Source of the DNA: Squalus acanthias
Lineage: Eukaryota
Assembly (NCBI GenBank): GCA_030390025.1
Contig: CM059430.1
Coordinates: 11,594,001 to 11,658,000 of the forward strand
Direction: 5' to 3'
Length of the DNA: 64,000 nt
Below are positions 25,318 through 38,091 of this stretch, in pieces. The first letter of the stretch is position 1. Each line of letters begins with the position of its first letter. Made by a program: the position numbers and the translations under genes. The notes under the pieces were generated by a model. The model saw only the letters and a list, made by a program, of their open reading frames with translations, had not been told where the DNA came from and ran no database searches.

Positions 25318-25822
25318 ACCGAATGCTGAGAGCTGATTAAAGCACTCTGTTATTCCCACATATTTAATCAGCTGGAGGGCCCATCATCCAGAACGGGGCC
25401 TACAGAATGATGCTAATAGATGAGTTAGAATATGTACCTTAAGGGTTTGAATTCTAAATAAGTTTTCAAACACACTGGTTAGTGATTACAACCAGTAAAA
25501 GCACATTCTTAGAAAATGATACACTAACAAGAAATAAGTCTCTCCAGTCAATCAAATAGCTGGAGTTTGATAAAAGCAGCCAGTAATGTAAAATAAAGTG
25601 CAATCATATGGCTCATTTGACTGATGCAGTTGACAGGAAAGTACAGAAAAAAATAATGCATGACATATGTATTTGAGTGCAGCTTGAGCAGTGGTTTTCA
25701 GTCTGAACACTTATGGTACTAGCTAATAATACAAGTTGCACTTCTTCCCCACCTCTCTGAAAGAAAATATCGATTAATGTGAAGAAATAATTTCCTTTTA
25801 AAGGGGAGCGCAGTACAATTTT

Positions 25823-26510
25823 TATAGAATCATAGAATCATAGAATGGTTACAGCACAGAAGGAGGCCATTCGGCCTGTCGAGCCCGTGTCGGCTCTCTT
25901 CAAGAGCATTTCAGCTAGTCCCACTACCCCGCCCTTTCCCCGTAGCCCTGCAAATTTTTTTTCCTTCAGGTACTTATCCAATTCCCCTTTGAAAGCCACG
26001 ATTGAGTCTGTCTCCACCACTCTTTGCATTCCAGGTCCTAAGCACTCACTGCGTTTTTCCTCATGTCGCCTTTGGTTCTTTTGCCAGTCACCTTGAATCT
26101 GTGTCCTCTGGTTCTTGACCCTTCCACCAATGGGAACAGTTTCTCTCTATCTACTCTGTCTTACTGCAATCTGCTCATTGCCCCTGTAAAAGAGGATGTG
26201 TAGTTTTAGGATGCAACCAGTTAGTAGATGTGTTGAATACAGGAAACTAGAAACAGGAGTAGACCATTCAGCCCCTCGAACCCGTTCCACCATTCTATTA
26301 GATCACGGCTGATCTGTAGCACAACTCCATTTACCCGCCTCTGTTCCATATCTCTTGATAATCTTACCAACAAAAATCTATCTACCTCATTCTTGAAAAT
26401 TTCAATTGACCCCCAGCATCTTTTAGGGGAGAGAGAGTTCCAGATTTTCACTACCCTTTGTGTTAAAAAAAAAAGGCTTCCTGATTTCACTCCTAAATGG
26501 CCTAAGCTCT
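25823..26510 (-). mobile_element. Two adjacent CR1 3' ends (about 25823-26160 and 26240-26510)
   Basis: (ATAGAATC)n tail; AFKGELDKYLKE and TQRVVKIWNSL motifs. Confidence 0.85.
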
Positions 26511-27179
26511 AAACTTGCAATTGTAGAGCAGATCAAGAGGCTTAATTTTCATCACGTCACACTTGCATATTAAGATGCAGTGCTAACATCTTTTAGCAGT
26601 GTGGAGGATTCGTGGTTGTAATTTATCATTTTGTAGTGTGTTCTGAGCTTTTCAAAACTGCCCACGGGGACAATTATTCAAAGTGGAGACGGCTGGCTTG
26701 TGAAATGTTAAAAGAAGAGTGAGGAAAATGCTGAAGAAAAACATACACTCTGTGAGCTGGAACTTATTGTGCGTGATTACTGTTGACAGCCCTGTGATAA
26801 TATAAAATTGGCAGGAAGAGGTTGCGAAGATATGCCCGGAGACTGATGGCAGGACTTTCACTGGCAGCCTGTATTAGAGCTTTTGTGTTTTTTTTGTTTT
26901 CCCTTTTACTTCGTGCAAAAAAAAAACCTTTGAGCAGAATATCTGGACGCAAGGTTTTCCACTCTGTCTCCAGCAATCCTTAATAGAGGAATTGTAAGGA
27001 ACTAATAAGGACTACACTCATGAAAGTGACAGAGAAAAGTTTACATGAATGTGACTCAAAATCCACATTAAAAATTAGTGAGCCACTCTGTTCAGAACTG
27101 TACATTTTCCTTTACCTGTGTTCCAAACCACACAACAGATTAACCTGCTTTGCTGTTCACCTACTACATGCCCTCCCTT

Positions 27180-27700
27180 CCATTACTGGTATAGTTCCAC
27201 ACGTCCTGCAATACTCCAGTAATTGCCAGGATATATCCTCCACAGGTGCCCTAACCTCTCTGGTGCTTGTTGAGGTAATACTCCCGAGACGCCAGCAACC
27301 CTCTGGCACTTGCTGAGGTATGGGCTCCACAGGCGCTGGAACCCCCCCCGCCCCCCCAGGTACTTGCTAAAGTATGGGTCAGAAACCCTCTGGCACTTGC
27401 TGAGGTATGGGCTCCACAGGTGCTGGAACACCCCCCCCACCCCAGGTACTTGCTAAAGTGTGGGTCAGAAACCCTCTGGCACTTGCTGGGGTATGGGCTC
27501 CACAGTTGCTGGAACCCCCCACCCCCGCCAGGTACTTGCTAAAGTATGGGTCAGAAACCCCTCTGGTACTTGTTGAAGTATGGGCTCCACAGATTGCAGG
27601 GAATCTCCGGTATTTCCTGAGCTATTACTCCACAGGTACCATGAACCCTCTGTTACCTGCTGATGTATGAGCTCCACACATGCCAGGAACCCTTAGTACA
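27180..27700. repeat. Tandem repeat, period about 86 bp, made of two related halves
   Basis: ACCCTCTGGCACTTGCTG recurs near 27298, 27385, 27471 and 27558; halves share ACTTGCT..GTATGGG; flanks are degenerate. Confidence 0.85.
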
Positions 27701-27758
27701 GCTTCTAGTTTATTCAATCTGCAATGCACTCAGTGTATGGCTTTGGGCGAAATACATT

Positions 27759-27917
27759 GGGGTAGATCTTGACTTTGTGCGATCGTGTAAAACGGATGAT
27801 AGTGAGTCGGCAGCCCGTTTTACAGCGCTCGATTTTTATTTCCATTGAAGATGTACAATGGGCTGCCGACTCGCTATTATCCATTTTACATTATTGCACA
27901 AAGTCAAGATTTATCCC
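27759..27917. mobile_element. Palindromic Harbinger-type MITE
   Basis: Arms of about 60 bp, GGGGTAGATCTTGACTTTGTGC.../...GCACAAAGTCAAGATTTATCCC; TSD ATT/ATT. Confidence 0.85.
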
Positions 27918-28643
27918 ATTGCTTTTATATAACTAAGAGCAGTACACCACTGCTACATTTCTATCCAATATTACTTTTTAGGATCTATTTCTGTCCATTG
28001 CATGTGAGTTTGCATTGGTTAAACTCGTCGTACTAGCAGTTAGTTTTGTCACCAGAATGGTTCTGTTGCAACCTCAAGTCCAACTAAGAGAAGTGTACGG
28101 ATAGAAATTGTCAAATGGAAGTTTACAGTGTCTCAGTGAGGGGGAGAAGGCACTCTACTGTCCACTCCAAAACCCACCTTTCCCAAGAAGATATTCTCCT
28201 TTGTGTTTCTGCAGCCTTGTTATTGTCTTTCTTTTATTACACCACCTTCACACCAATGCTAAATTTGTGGAGTATAAAGGCAGCATAAAAAGAAAAAAGT
28301 TAGTGAGTTAGCACGCTGGCCTTTCCCCTCTGGGAGCTAGGCTACAATTCAAAACAGACTGAGGTGATGACAGTTTCCTCTCTCTGCTGGGTTTAAGGAC
28401 CCAGAGTAGAACGATGGCAGTCTCCACTGACCTTCTATCAAGCACAGGTCCACAGCACACAAGTGCACATTGATTCCCACTGAATTGGGAGTCTCACTCA
28501 GGCCTCAAGGATGGTAGCCATAGGAAAAAAGAAAATTCACATTTGTGCAGATGATACTGCTCCTCTGGGTTTGAGCTCAAGTCTCTTTGTGGCAGAATAC
28601 AGTTTTTTTTTAGCTCTCGACTTCATTCAAACATGAAGTTGAG

Positions 28644-29090
28644 TGTCAGCCGTAGCTCAGTGGGTAGCGCTCTTGAACCTACAACCTTCTGGACTCAGAA
28701 GCAAGTCCACTCTCCAGAGACTTGAGCACAAAAATCTAGGCTGACACTCCAGTGCAGTACTATGGGAGTGCTGCACTGTCGGAGGTGCCGTCTTCTGGAT
28801 GAGATGTTAAATCGAGGCCCCATCTGCCCTCTCAGATGGATGCAAAAGATCCCATGGCAATATTTCAAAGAAGAGCAGGGGAGTTATCTGCTATGTCCGG
28901 ACCAATATTTATCCCTTAATCAATATCACAAAAAAAAACAGATTATCATTATCACATTACTGTTTGTGGGAGCTTGCTGTGCACAAATTGGCTGCCACGT
29001 TTCCTACATTATAACAGTGACTACACTTCAAATAAAGTACTTAATTGACTGTAAAGCCCTTTGGGATGTTCTGAGATGGTGAAAGCGCAA
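28644..29090 (+). mobile_element. DeuSINE (SacSINE1-like)
   Basis: Head, Deu core and tail as at 9708. Confidence 0.88.
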
Positions 29091-30382
29091 AAACTGCAAA
29101 CTGAGTCACTGCTTGCCGACTCACTCACTGTTCTCCAGCTCTCACAATGGCTGGTGCTGTATACATATATATGGATAAAAGTACCAGTAATTGTTCAACA
29201 GGAGGTGGCTCTGTGCTTGGAGTCAAGAACTAAGGTAACTGCAGCTGCTTCAGCCTAGCAATTCAGCTTTCTATAGACTGGGAGTTTTACTCTGCTTTTA
29301 ATCCTTACGGTGGTTTTCCTTGTGAGCAATTGGTTCGCTCTCTGAGCCCCACAAGTAAAACTATTCTCGAATCCCCAGAACTTATATTTCTCAACCTTGT
29401 GGTTGTAAAACAATAAGCCTCCCCCACCATCGACCGCCGCCACCCCCCCAAAAAAAAACAAGCGTGAAAGAGTTTACTGGAGAGCGGGAACTGGTTCAAT
29501 TCTTTATCACCATCTGTGAATCAGTGTCACTTCAAGCACTGCAGTGATTACTCACTGGTTGTCAAAGATATGAGGGGGGAAGTAAACAAACAAAGGAATA
29601 TGGTTAAAATACAAACTGAGGGAAGCCGAAAAGAGGAAATATGCAGAAGCGTAAGTAGTAAATTAAATGACAGGAGAAATTAAAATAATTTACAGAAAGA
29701 AAATTAGAGACAGGGAAAAAGTGGGAAAAAACAGAATAAAAATAAAGTGGAAATAAAGAGAAAAAAAGATAATAAATTAGCAGACTGAAAGCAGAAATGA
29801 TAAATAATAACAGATTATGTATTTTTGTGGTGTTTAGGGCCTGGTGAGATTATGGAACCGAGCAATGGAAAGTGAAGGCGGCTGAATCTTATTTACAATA
29901 AAATGATCTTATCCTGAGCATTAAATCCCGTGAATTAGGTTGTATTCAGGATCTTTATGTTGACTTTTAATGGAAACAATTAGTCACTGATGCCAATAAA
30001 AACAATCCTAGTGCCAGTTAGTTCACAGGAAAAGTCTATTTGATGTACTCAGAAGAATACTTTATTACCAATGCACTGACATACCTCATAAAGTTCTTTA
30101 CTTCGGATCAGTGGCGGGGGTGGGGGGTGCCGACAGTTGATTCCATCTTTTGACCTTTTGTCGAGAGGTCGTTGCAGTTAATAAAATACACACTGTTTTC
30201 TTTGCTCAGTCCGAAAGACAGCAGGTTTGACAATGCAGCACCCCTTCAGTACTACACCGGAGTGTAAACCTAGATTATTTACATTCATTTTGGATTGGGG
30301 TTTAGAACTTACAACCTTCTGGCTCAGAGGTGAGAGCACAAGCCAAACTGACACTACTCCTTGCTTTATCCTTCTCTGAGCT

Positions 30383-30751
30383 ATAAGTATTAACAGACTA
30401 GCATTAGATACAGTTTTGATTATTGCATTATTGCAGTTGAAGAATATCTACCAAATTGCTACCATATACCTAGATTTCAGAGATAATCGTTCTCTGAATT
30501 TTATCTGTGTAAATTTACTAAAATAAGGCAACAAAATGGGTTCCAGCAACTCCTTGCAAGAAATTTCTAAGAGCAAGTCCTTCACATTTTTTTAATCTTT
30601 TAGAATATGATCCTTATTTTATTGTAACTCTGAGGACACATAATGCAGATTTTCATATGTGTACGACGATCTCTGAAATCTAGGTATTTGGTAGATATTC
30701 GTCAACCTCAATAATCAAAAATGTATCTAATGCTTGTCCGTTAATACTTAT
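30383..30751. repeat. AT-rich foldback element with inverted arms of about 90-105 bp
   Basis: 30383-30490 is the reverse complement of 30663-30751 apart from a few substitutions and two small indels. Confidence 0.85.
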
Positions 30752-31149
30752 TAAAACTACAGCATTTTATACCAAGGTTATGACACCACACAAGATGCAG
30801 CATTCAACCACCATAAGCTGTATTACTGAGTGGCCCGGCTGAGAACAGCATAATTCACCCACTGGACAAAAGTAAGTTGGAATATAGCTCAAAAGTGTAA
30901 TTTGAAATCAAATCCCTAGCATTGGTGTCCAGCTTTCTACAGCCAGAGCTCTTGGCTTGACTTGGGTTTTAACTTTGACCTATATGTTAAGTAAATAGAT
31001 GGCTGGGTCATTACTGTGCTTCCCAGCATTCCTCTGAATGCTGGCCCTGAAATGAGGGTGGAACAAAGCTTCTAAACTGTGGGTCTTACATTAAAATATT
31101 GATTTTGAGATTTTGTTCTAGCCCAGAAATGTTGCCCCATAAGTAATTA

Positions 31150-31860
31150 TTGTGCTTCCAACAACCCCAATCATTCTCCTATTGTCTCTAGACATGTCTT
31201 GTATCTTCGGACCCCCTTTTCACTCCTCCCAGACCCATTATTATCACTTAAGCCCCATTTTCACTTGCATGAGAGCCCTTGTGACTTCGACAGTGACAGG
31301 AACAGCATTGATCTCAATATCCTTGCCCTTGTCTACAAATCCATCAATTGTCTCACTCCACCATCCTCTGCAATCTCCCCTAGCCTGGCATCATCGCTCC
31401 TTGAACATTTCCCTCTCCTGTACTACTGTCTGGTGACCAACATTTGGTCTGCACAGTGGTCTGGAGGTCCTGCGCAGGCCGCTCACCGGCTTTTACATGG
31501 GAGAAACTGCACATGCGCGAAAATTTGAATGGACCACGCAGCCAGTTAAAGGAGCCACGCACAAAATTTTTTAGAGGGAATGTTGCTTGTGACCACCTTC
31601 CTCCTCCAACATATTAGTGGCAGAGCCATCAGCCATCATGGCACTGCACTCTGGAATTCTCTCCCTAAAGCCTTCCACTCTGCTACATCTCTCCTGCCTT
31701 CATAAGCCTTCTCAAAACCTCTTTAGTTTCACCATCAGTCACCTCCCTTCCAATTCTTGCTCAGTGTCTGATTTTTCAGATTTTGTTTTCCAGCCTCTTC
31801 TTGTGAAACAACTTGTTACACTTCACTACATTGAAGGGACTGTATAAATTATTGTTGTCA
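31150..31860 (+). mobile_element. Old L2 LINE 3' relic
   Basis: SIDLNILALVYKSINCLTP and CTCTGGAATTCTCTCCCTAAAG resemble the L2 at 44980. Confidence 0.65.
31438..31585. mobile_element. hAT-type MITE nested in L2
   Basis: TIR CAACATT/AATGTTG; TSD CTGGTGAC/CTTGTGAC; body matches the 20153 copy. Confidence 0.82.
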
Positions 31861-31917
31861 TCACCCTCATCACCATCTGACCAAAGACCTTAAAGGGCGC
31901 TAAACTGATTGTAAACA

Positions 31918-32280
31918 ATCATAGAATCATACAGCACAGAAGGAGACCATTCAGGCAATCGTGCCTGTGCTGGCTCTTTTGAAAGAACTATCCAATTAGT
32001 CCCACTCTTTCCCTGATTCACTCATTGACCTGAAAATCTTTCCTTTCCAAGTTTTTATCCAACTCCCTTTTGAAAGTTACTACTGAATCCGCTTCCACCA
32101 CCCTTTCAGGCAGTGCATTCCAGATCACAACAACTCACTGTGTAAAACAAATTCTCCTCATCTCCCCTCTGATTCTTTTGCCAATTGCCTTAAATCTGTG
32201 TCCTCTGGTTACCGGCCCTCCTGCCAATGGAAACAGTTTCTCCCTATCTACTTTCTTAAAATCCCTCATAATTTTGAAAT
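31918..32280 (-). mobile_element. CR1 3' end
   Basis: Same subfamily as 25823-26160. Confidence 0.85.
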
Positions 32281-33384
32281 ATACTTGAATTATATTTTGA
32301 AAGAGTCTCTCAGATTCGAGTAATTACAAAACAAAAATTTACATAAGAGGAAAAATGGGGTGTTTAATGGGAATAGAGAAAAATATTTAGTTTAGTGCCT
32401 CCTACCTTGAAGTTAGTGCAGCTCCTGTTGGCTGAGTAGAACTGGTACCAAAATCATCTATTTTTGTAGCTGTTGGAGGCTAAATGGAGAGAAGAAGCTT
32501 AAGGGAGAGTGTTGTAACATTTTTAAACCATATAGGTAGACGCATAACATAAAATAAGTAATTCATTGTCCTTTTCACTCCTAAGTATATTTAATGTCTG
32601 CTTTGGTTGCCCTTACCAGACTTTTAATTGAAATAACATTTCACTGTAATTGCAACTTCTGTGTTCCTGTCTTTTAGCAAATAACATCATTAATTTGCTG
32701 GGGCATCGATAGCAGACTGGAGCCAAAGGTTGACTCTGGGGTGTGGTGTGGGGGGACACATTAGCCTGATATTGCTCAGCAGGTCACAGTAACAGGATGC
32801 TGATAACATCCTGCAAGCTTCCTCCCAGTGCCTGTGTAGAAAAAATTACTGCCCTTAGGCATACAATGGCCATCCATGCATTGCAAAAGCTACTACTGGG
32901 AGACATATGTTTAATTGTATCTTGGGAAAACTGTCATTATTCCACATAACTTACAGACGGCCACTTGCAGCTTTAGCATTGAATGTGCCAGTCTGTATAT
33001 ATTATGATCAGCAGGCTTTAGCTATTGAAATGTACTGTATTTAAAAAAAAATCTTGCCTGCTTTATGTTAATTTTTTTTTTAATGGGCTAACGTTTTTGG
33101 TTCTTTGCATTTAAAAGTGTTTGGATACATTGCCTTATCATTTCTGTGTATCAATTCATGCTGAGATTAGGCAGAGAATATAGAACCTGTTGCTGAAAGT
33201 AGATTAAACATGAAAGCACGTGCTCCCTAGGCTTGGTCGCCTAGTGTGTTACTGGACCCTACAGACCTAAGGTGCATTTACCTTTTACAGGGCCAGGGGC
33301 TCAGGAGAGCAACCAATGTGCACTGTTATGCCCACATCAACACAGTGAACAGGTAATTAAGGTTCACTGTCCTTGCAAGCTGGC

Positions 33385-33706
33385 ATTTGTTAGAGGTGCC
33401 GTCTTTCGGATGAGAAGTTAAACCGAGGCCCCGTCTGCCCTCTCAGGTGGACGGAAAAGATCCCATGGCACTATTTCGAAGAAGAGCAGAGGAGTTCTCC
33501 CCGGTGTTGTGGTCGATATCACTAAAACAGATTATCTGGTCATTGTCACATTGCTGTTTGTGGGACCTTGCTGTACCAATTTGGGTGCTGCATTTCCCAC
33601 ATTACAACAGAGACTACACTTCAAAAGTATTTAATTGGTTGTAAAGTGCTTCGAGACGTCCTAAGGTCTTGAAATGTGCTCTATCAATGCAAGTTCTTTC
33701 TTTTCT
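33385..33706 (+). mobile_element. 5'-truncated DeuSINE
   Basis: GTGCCGTCTTTCGGATGAG core through the tail. Confidence 0.88.
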
Positions 33707-33771
33707 TTAAATCCCCAGCCTGTGTTGTGTTAGTTTATCATAACCAGGGCAGCATTTGGAACAAGCAACAG

Positions 33772-34845
33772 GAGACCAAGAGCAGGGATAATGGGTAGGT
33801 ACTCTAATTGGCAGGATGTGCCTAGTGGTGTCCCGCAGGGATCTGTGTTGGGGACGCAGCTATTCAAAGTATTTATTAACGACTTAGATGATGGCATAGA
33901 AAGCCACATATCCAAATTTGCCGATGGCACAAAGATAGGCAGCATTGTAGGCAGTGTAGATGAAAGCATAACATTGCAAACGGGTATTGATAGATTAAGT
34001 GAATGGGCAAAACTGTGGCAAATGGATTTCAATGTAGATAAATGTGAGGTCATCCACTTTGGACCTAAAAAAGATAGAACAGGGTACTTTCTAAATGGCG
34101 AAAAGCTAAAACCAGTGGAGGTCCAAAGAGACTTGGGGAGTCCAGGCACATAGATCATTAAAATGTCAGGAACAGGTACAGAAAATAATCAAAAAAGCTA
34201 ATGGAATGCTGGCCTTTATATCTAGAGGACTAGAGTACAAGGGGGTAGAAGTTATGCTGCAGCTACACAAAGCCCTAGTTAGACCACACCTGGAGTACTG
34301 TGAGCAGTTCTGAGCACCACACCTTAGGAAGGATATATTGGCCTTGGAGGGAGTGCACCGTAGGTTTACCAGAATGATACCTGGACTCCAAGGGTTAAAT
34401 TACGAAGAGAGATTACACAAATTGGGGTTGTATTCCCTAGAATTTAGAAGGTTAAGGGGTGATTTGATTAAAGTTTTCAAGATATTAAGGGGAACAGATA
34501 GGGTAGATAGAGAGAAACTATTTCCGCTGGTTGGGGAGTCTAGGACTGGGGGGCATAGTCTAAAAATTAGAGCCAGATCTTCCAGGAGTGAAGTTAGGAA
34601 ACACTTCTACACACAAAGGGTGGTAGAAGTTTGGAACTCTCTTCCGCAAACGGCAATTGATGCTAGATCAATTATTAATTTTAAATCAGAGATTGCTAGC
34701 TTTCTGTTAATCAAAGATATTAAGGGATAGGGGCCAAAGGCGGGTATATGGAGTTAGGTCGCAGATCAGCCATGATCTCATTGAATGGCGGAACAGGCTC
34801 GAGGGGCTGAATGGCCTCCACCTGTTCCTACGTTCCTATGTTCCT
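33772..34845 (+). mobile_element. CR1 LINE, RT C-terminal half and 3' UTR
   Basis: ORFs 33791..34153 (SGVPQGSVLG, ISKFADGT) and 34338..34730; disrupted. Confidence 0.93.
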
Positions 34846-34854
34846 ATTATACAA

Positions 34855-35125
34855 TTAGTCCCACCACACCTGAGCTAAGAAGGGAAATGTCAGCTCGGGT
34901 TCCCATGCCTGATTGTTATTCAGTGACCCTCCTGCCAGAAAGTCCATGTCTGCTGAGGACAGGATCAGGCTTGGTTGTGATGGTGACCACAGTCAAATTG
35001 CCTGCTGATACTCATTACCTAGGTTCACACTTGAAGAATGGCCACTTGGGAAAAGTCCTGGATGGCGGCTGATGCTCAAAGAACTGCATCAGTGCCTTCC
35101 GGAGAAGAGGAGAGAAAACTAAGGG
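34855..35125 (+). mobile_element. AmnSINE2-like SINE fragment
   Basis: GGTTCCCATGCCTGATTGTTATTCAGTGACCC...GAGGACAGGATCAGGC...GAAGAATGGCCACTTGGG; family name from recall. Confidence 0.6.
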
Positions 35126-35129
35126 AAAT

Positions 35130-35400
35130 GGTGGACTAGTCAGCGCATTTAGTTAGTTAGAACCTTTTCAACTCCAATATCTGTACTCAAATCCAACCAA
35201 GACTGATGGACTGAAAATGTTCAAACCGACATGAATTTGGGCTGTCCCAATTCAGCTCCTGGCAGGTGCAAGTGCCCACTTCAGAACTTCCTATAATTTC
35301 AACACTAAATTGACAGTTTTACATCCAGAGAGGTTATGATGATGACTGGTGTGGGGAATGAAAATATCTCATTGTTATAGTTAAGTTGCATAGAGGAACA
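35130..35400 (+). mobile_element. Possible LF-SINE-like relic
   Basis: Ordered weak matches to the LF-SINE consensus as I recall it (CCTTTCA.CTC, ATGA.TT.G, CAG.TCCT.G, CACTAA.TTG, AGAGAGG). Confidence 0.4.
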
Positions 35401-35714
35401 TGAATGAGGAACTTGTGCAGTTTTCCTCGCCTATGCAGTAAGTACTCCACTGTATTTTACACCAGTTAAGACTTGTCATTATTGAATTCAACAGAAGTGA
35501 ACAGTACCCGAAAGGTTTTTATGGCGGAGTACATGAGTGTAATGGCCACAGTATAGCAAGAGGAGGAGAGGGCATAGGACATGTCCAACTGGCAGTGGTT
35601 ATTATTGTCTAAGGTAACAGTTGCAGTTACCTGCGAATGGCAAAGGAGCAGTGCCAAAGGAGGCTCCGACTCACCAGGGAGGGTGTCACTGAGACATGTC
35701 ACCTGGACCATGAA

Positions 35715-35857
35715 GACCTTGAAGGGAATCAAGGGATATGGAGATAGGGCGGGTAAGTGGAGTTGAGGTGGATGATCAGCCATGATCTTATTGAATGGCG
35801 GAGCAGGCTCGAGGGGCCGTATTGCCTACTCCTGCTCCTAATTCTTATGTTCTTATG
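35715..35857 (+). mobile_element. CR1 3' UTR
   Basis: GGAATCAAGGGATATGG...TTCTTATGTTCTTATG. Confidence 0.88.
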
Positions 35858-36539
35858 ACCTGCGGGGAGCCAATCTGGAGTCCACCCATTGGCACTGAAG
35901 GTCATCACTGTCTCCAATTATGACGCTTCAGGGCCCTTCCAGGAAACCACAGGGGCCATCTTTGGAATCAATGGCCCTGATCTTCTAATCGGGTAGCGCA
36001 CTTTTCACAAGCGCCTGATTTTACCTCAGTTGAATCCGAACATTTTCCATTTTCACCTCATTTAAACAGTTCGAGTTACCCCTTGGGAAGTAGAACTTGG
36101 TCCAAATTGGGGGAAGAAAAATGTTCGCTGCTGCAGTCCTTAAAGGGCCATAGCAGCACAAAGTCCCGCAATTTTTGGCCTGTTGGTTACTGCCAAAAGC
36201 ATTAGCCAGCTGGCCTGCTCCACCTATATATTTTAAAAAATATTTACCTAAGGGAAGTAAAGTTGCCCTAAACTGAAGGGGCAACTCTACAACCTCTAAA
36301 AAACAATTTGTTTGGGCACTTTTCAGGGCAGGTATCTGCCCGGCAGAATCTCTGCAGAATGAGATTTGCATACCATTAAAATAGAGCTTCTGGCCCAAGC
36401 CATGTATGACGCAGGAAATGCACGTCAAGCACAAATGGGAAAGGGACCCACGTTACAGGTCCTCTCCCTAGTGCCCCAGAGACTGGCATTAGAGAGAGGA
36501 AATCATCCCAGCCCACTTTCTTTGCCTTTTAGACACTTG

Positions 36540-37312
36540 GGGGGAAAAATTCAGCTGCTTGCGCCTCCCGTTAGCGCCTTAAATGGGCGCTAATGGGGCG
36601 TAAAGCAGCTAACGCCCGGGCGCAGCGCCGCCCACGCCTCCCGAAAAATTTAGTGGGAGGTTAGCGGCGGCGGCAGCCGGTAGCGCCCTGTGGCGCTGCG
36701 CCGCCGGCGATGACGTCATCGCCGTGCGCAGCGCCCCGCTCGCGCCCCGGCCGTGATCTTCAGTCGCGCCCCCTGATTTACCGCCAGACGCTATGTCCGA
36801 CGGGTTCAGGGGGGCGTACGTGCGGCCGGGGCGGCGATATTTAAAGGGGAGGTGGCAGGCGGCCATTTTTGTTGCTGGCCGCCTGCCAGCACCTGCCCCC
36901 GTTGCTGTCCCCGGCCCCCGTGAAGCCCCCCCACCGTGAAGTGCCGGCTGCGCTCCAAGAGCCCGGCACTTCTCTTGAGTGCCGGGCTCTTTTGCCGGCA
37001 CTCCCGATCCCTGGGAGCCCAGCTGGGCCCCGGTTCGCGCTGCGCAAGGCCCCTCCCCTTTAAGAAGGGGAGGAAGGCCTGCAATACCGCGGCGCGACGT
37101 GCCGCAGCGCGTGGCGCTGCGGCACGTAGCGCCAGGATATTCACTCGCAGCGCCCCAAGAGGGATGCGGGGTGCTTCCAGTTGCGCCCCGCTTCCCTCTT
37201 GGGGCGCAACCACTGAAGTTCCGGCGCGGGGCCGCTAATTTTTTCGGGGCGCTAAAAGTCGCGCCCCGGCGAGGTTAGCGCCCCAAATGGGGCGCGACTC
37301 AATTTTTACCCC
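36540..37312 (+). mobile_element. CpG-rich Harbinger-type element D (family 1 ends, different interior)
   Basis: TIR GGGGGAAAAATT/AATTTTTACCCC; exact 3-bp TSD TTG. Confidence 0.9.
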
Positions 37313-38091
37313 TTGATATTTTTCTGCTGCACAATGAAAGAGCAGCAGACTGAAGATATAATAAATATAAATTAATTTTATACAATTGTGCAATGGCAAT
37401 GTATGTGTTTAATGTATTTTGCTGGTGTATTTGTCTCTTTTGTGCCAGAAAGTTCTCCATGCTTTAATTAGAGACTGCCTTGTGCCTGAAGCAATTTTCT
37501 TCATTGTAGGACTTTCCAGAATTGGCATATATGCCAGCTGTGTGTGGCTAAGGAACAGACAGACATACATGGTTAGATTCTGTCGGCATTTATTGACAGC
37601 TGTTACTTACATCATAACATGAAATGTCATATAGAATAATAAATGGTGCGAAATTGAATTACAAGCATATGCAAGGTCCTGAATCAGTAAGGGCTAGTAC
37701 GCAAGCCCAACCAGCATGGACCGCACATGTTTCTAATTAATCCGCTGAAACACTTGTTAGTTCATATAATACAAGTTTCCCTTTCTTTTGGCCTCCCTTC
37801 ATGAAGTACTGCCAGAATCACCTTGGAAGGAGTTCCGAGAGGTACAGCATTGCGATGCAAATCTGATATGGATTATGCAAATTTAGCAATGAATTAAAAA
37901 ATCTATATAAACATTTGAGAACTACAGGAGATCATTTTCAACTCCATGCCTGGGCGGTAACCTGGAGCAACAGATCGCCTGCCCATCGTAGAGCCCACCT
38001 AATTTTTGTCCCATTAAAATCAATGGAATGAAACTCGGGTGGGCTTTATAAAGAACAGGTGATCCACTCCACTCGGTTACTGTGCAGGTGG

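Noticed and set aside
36540-37312. Host-gene CpG-island promoter and overlapping ORFs
   Set aside because: The island is bounded exactly by TIRs and a TSD; the ORFs reflect high GC content.
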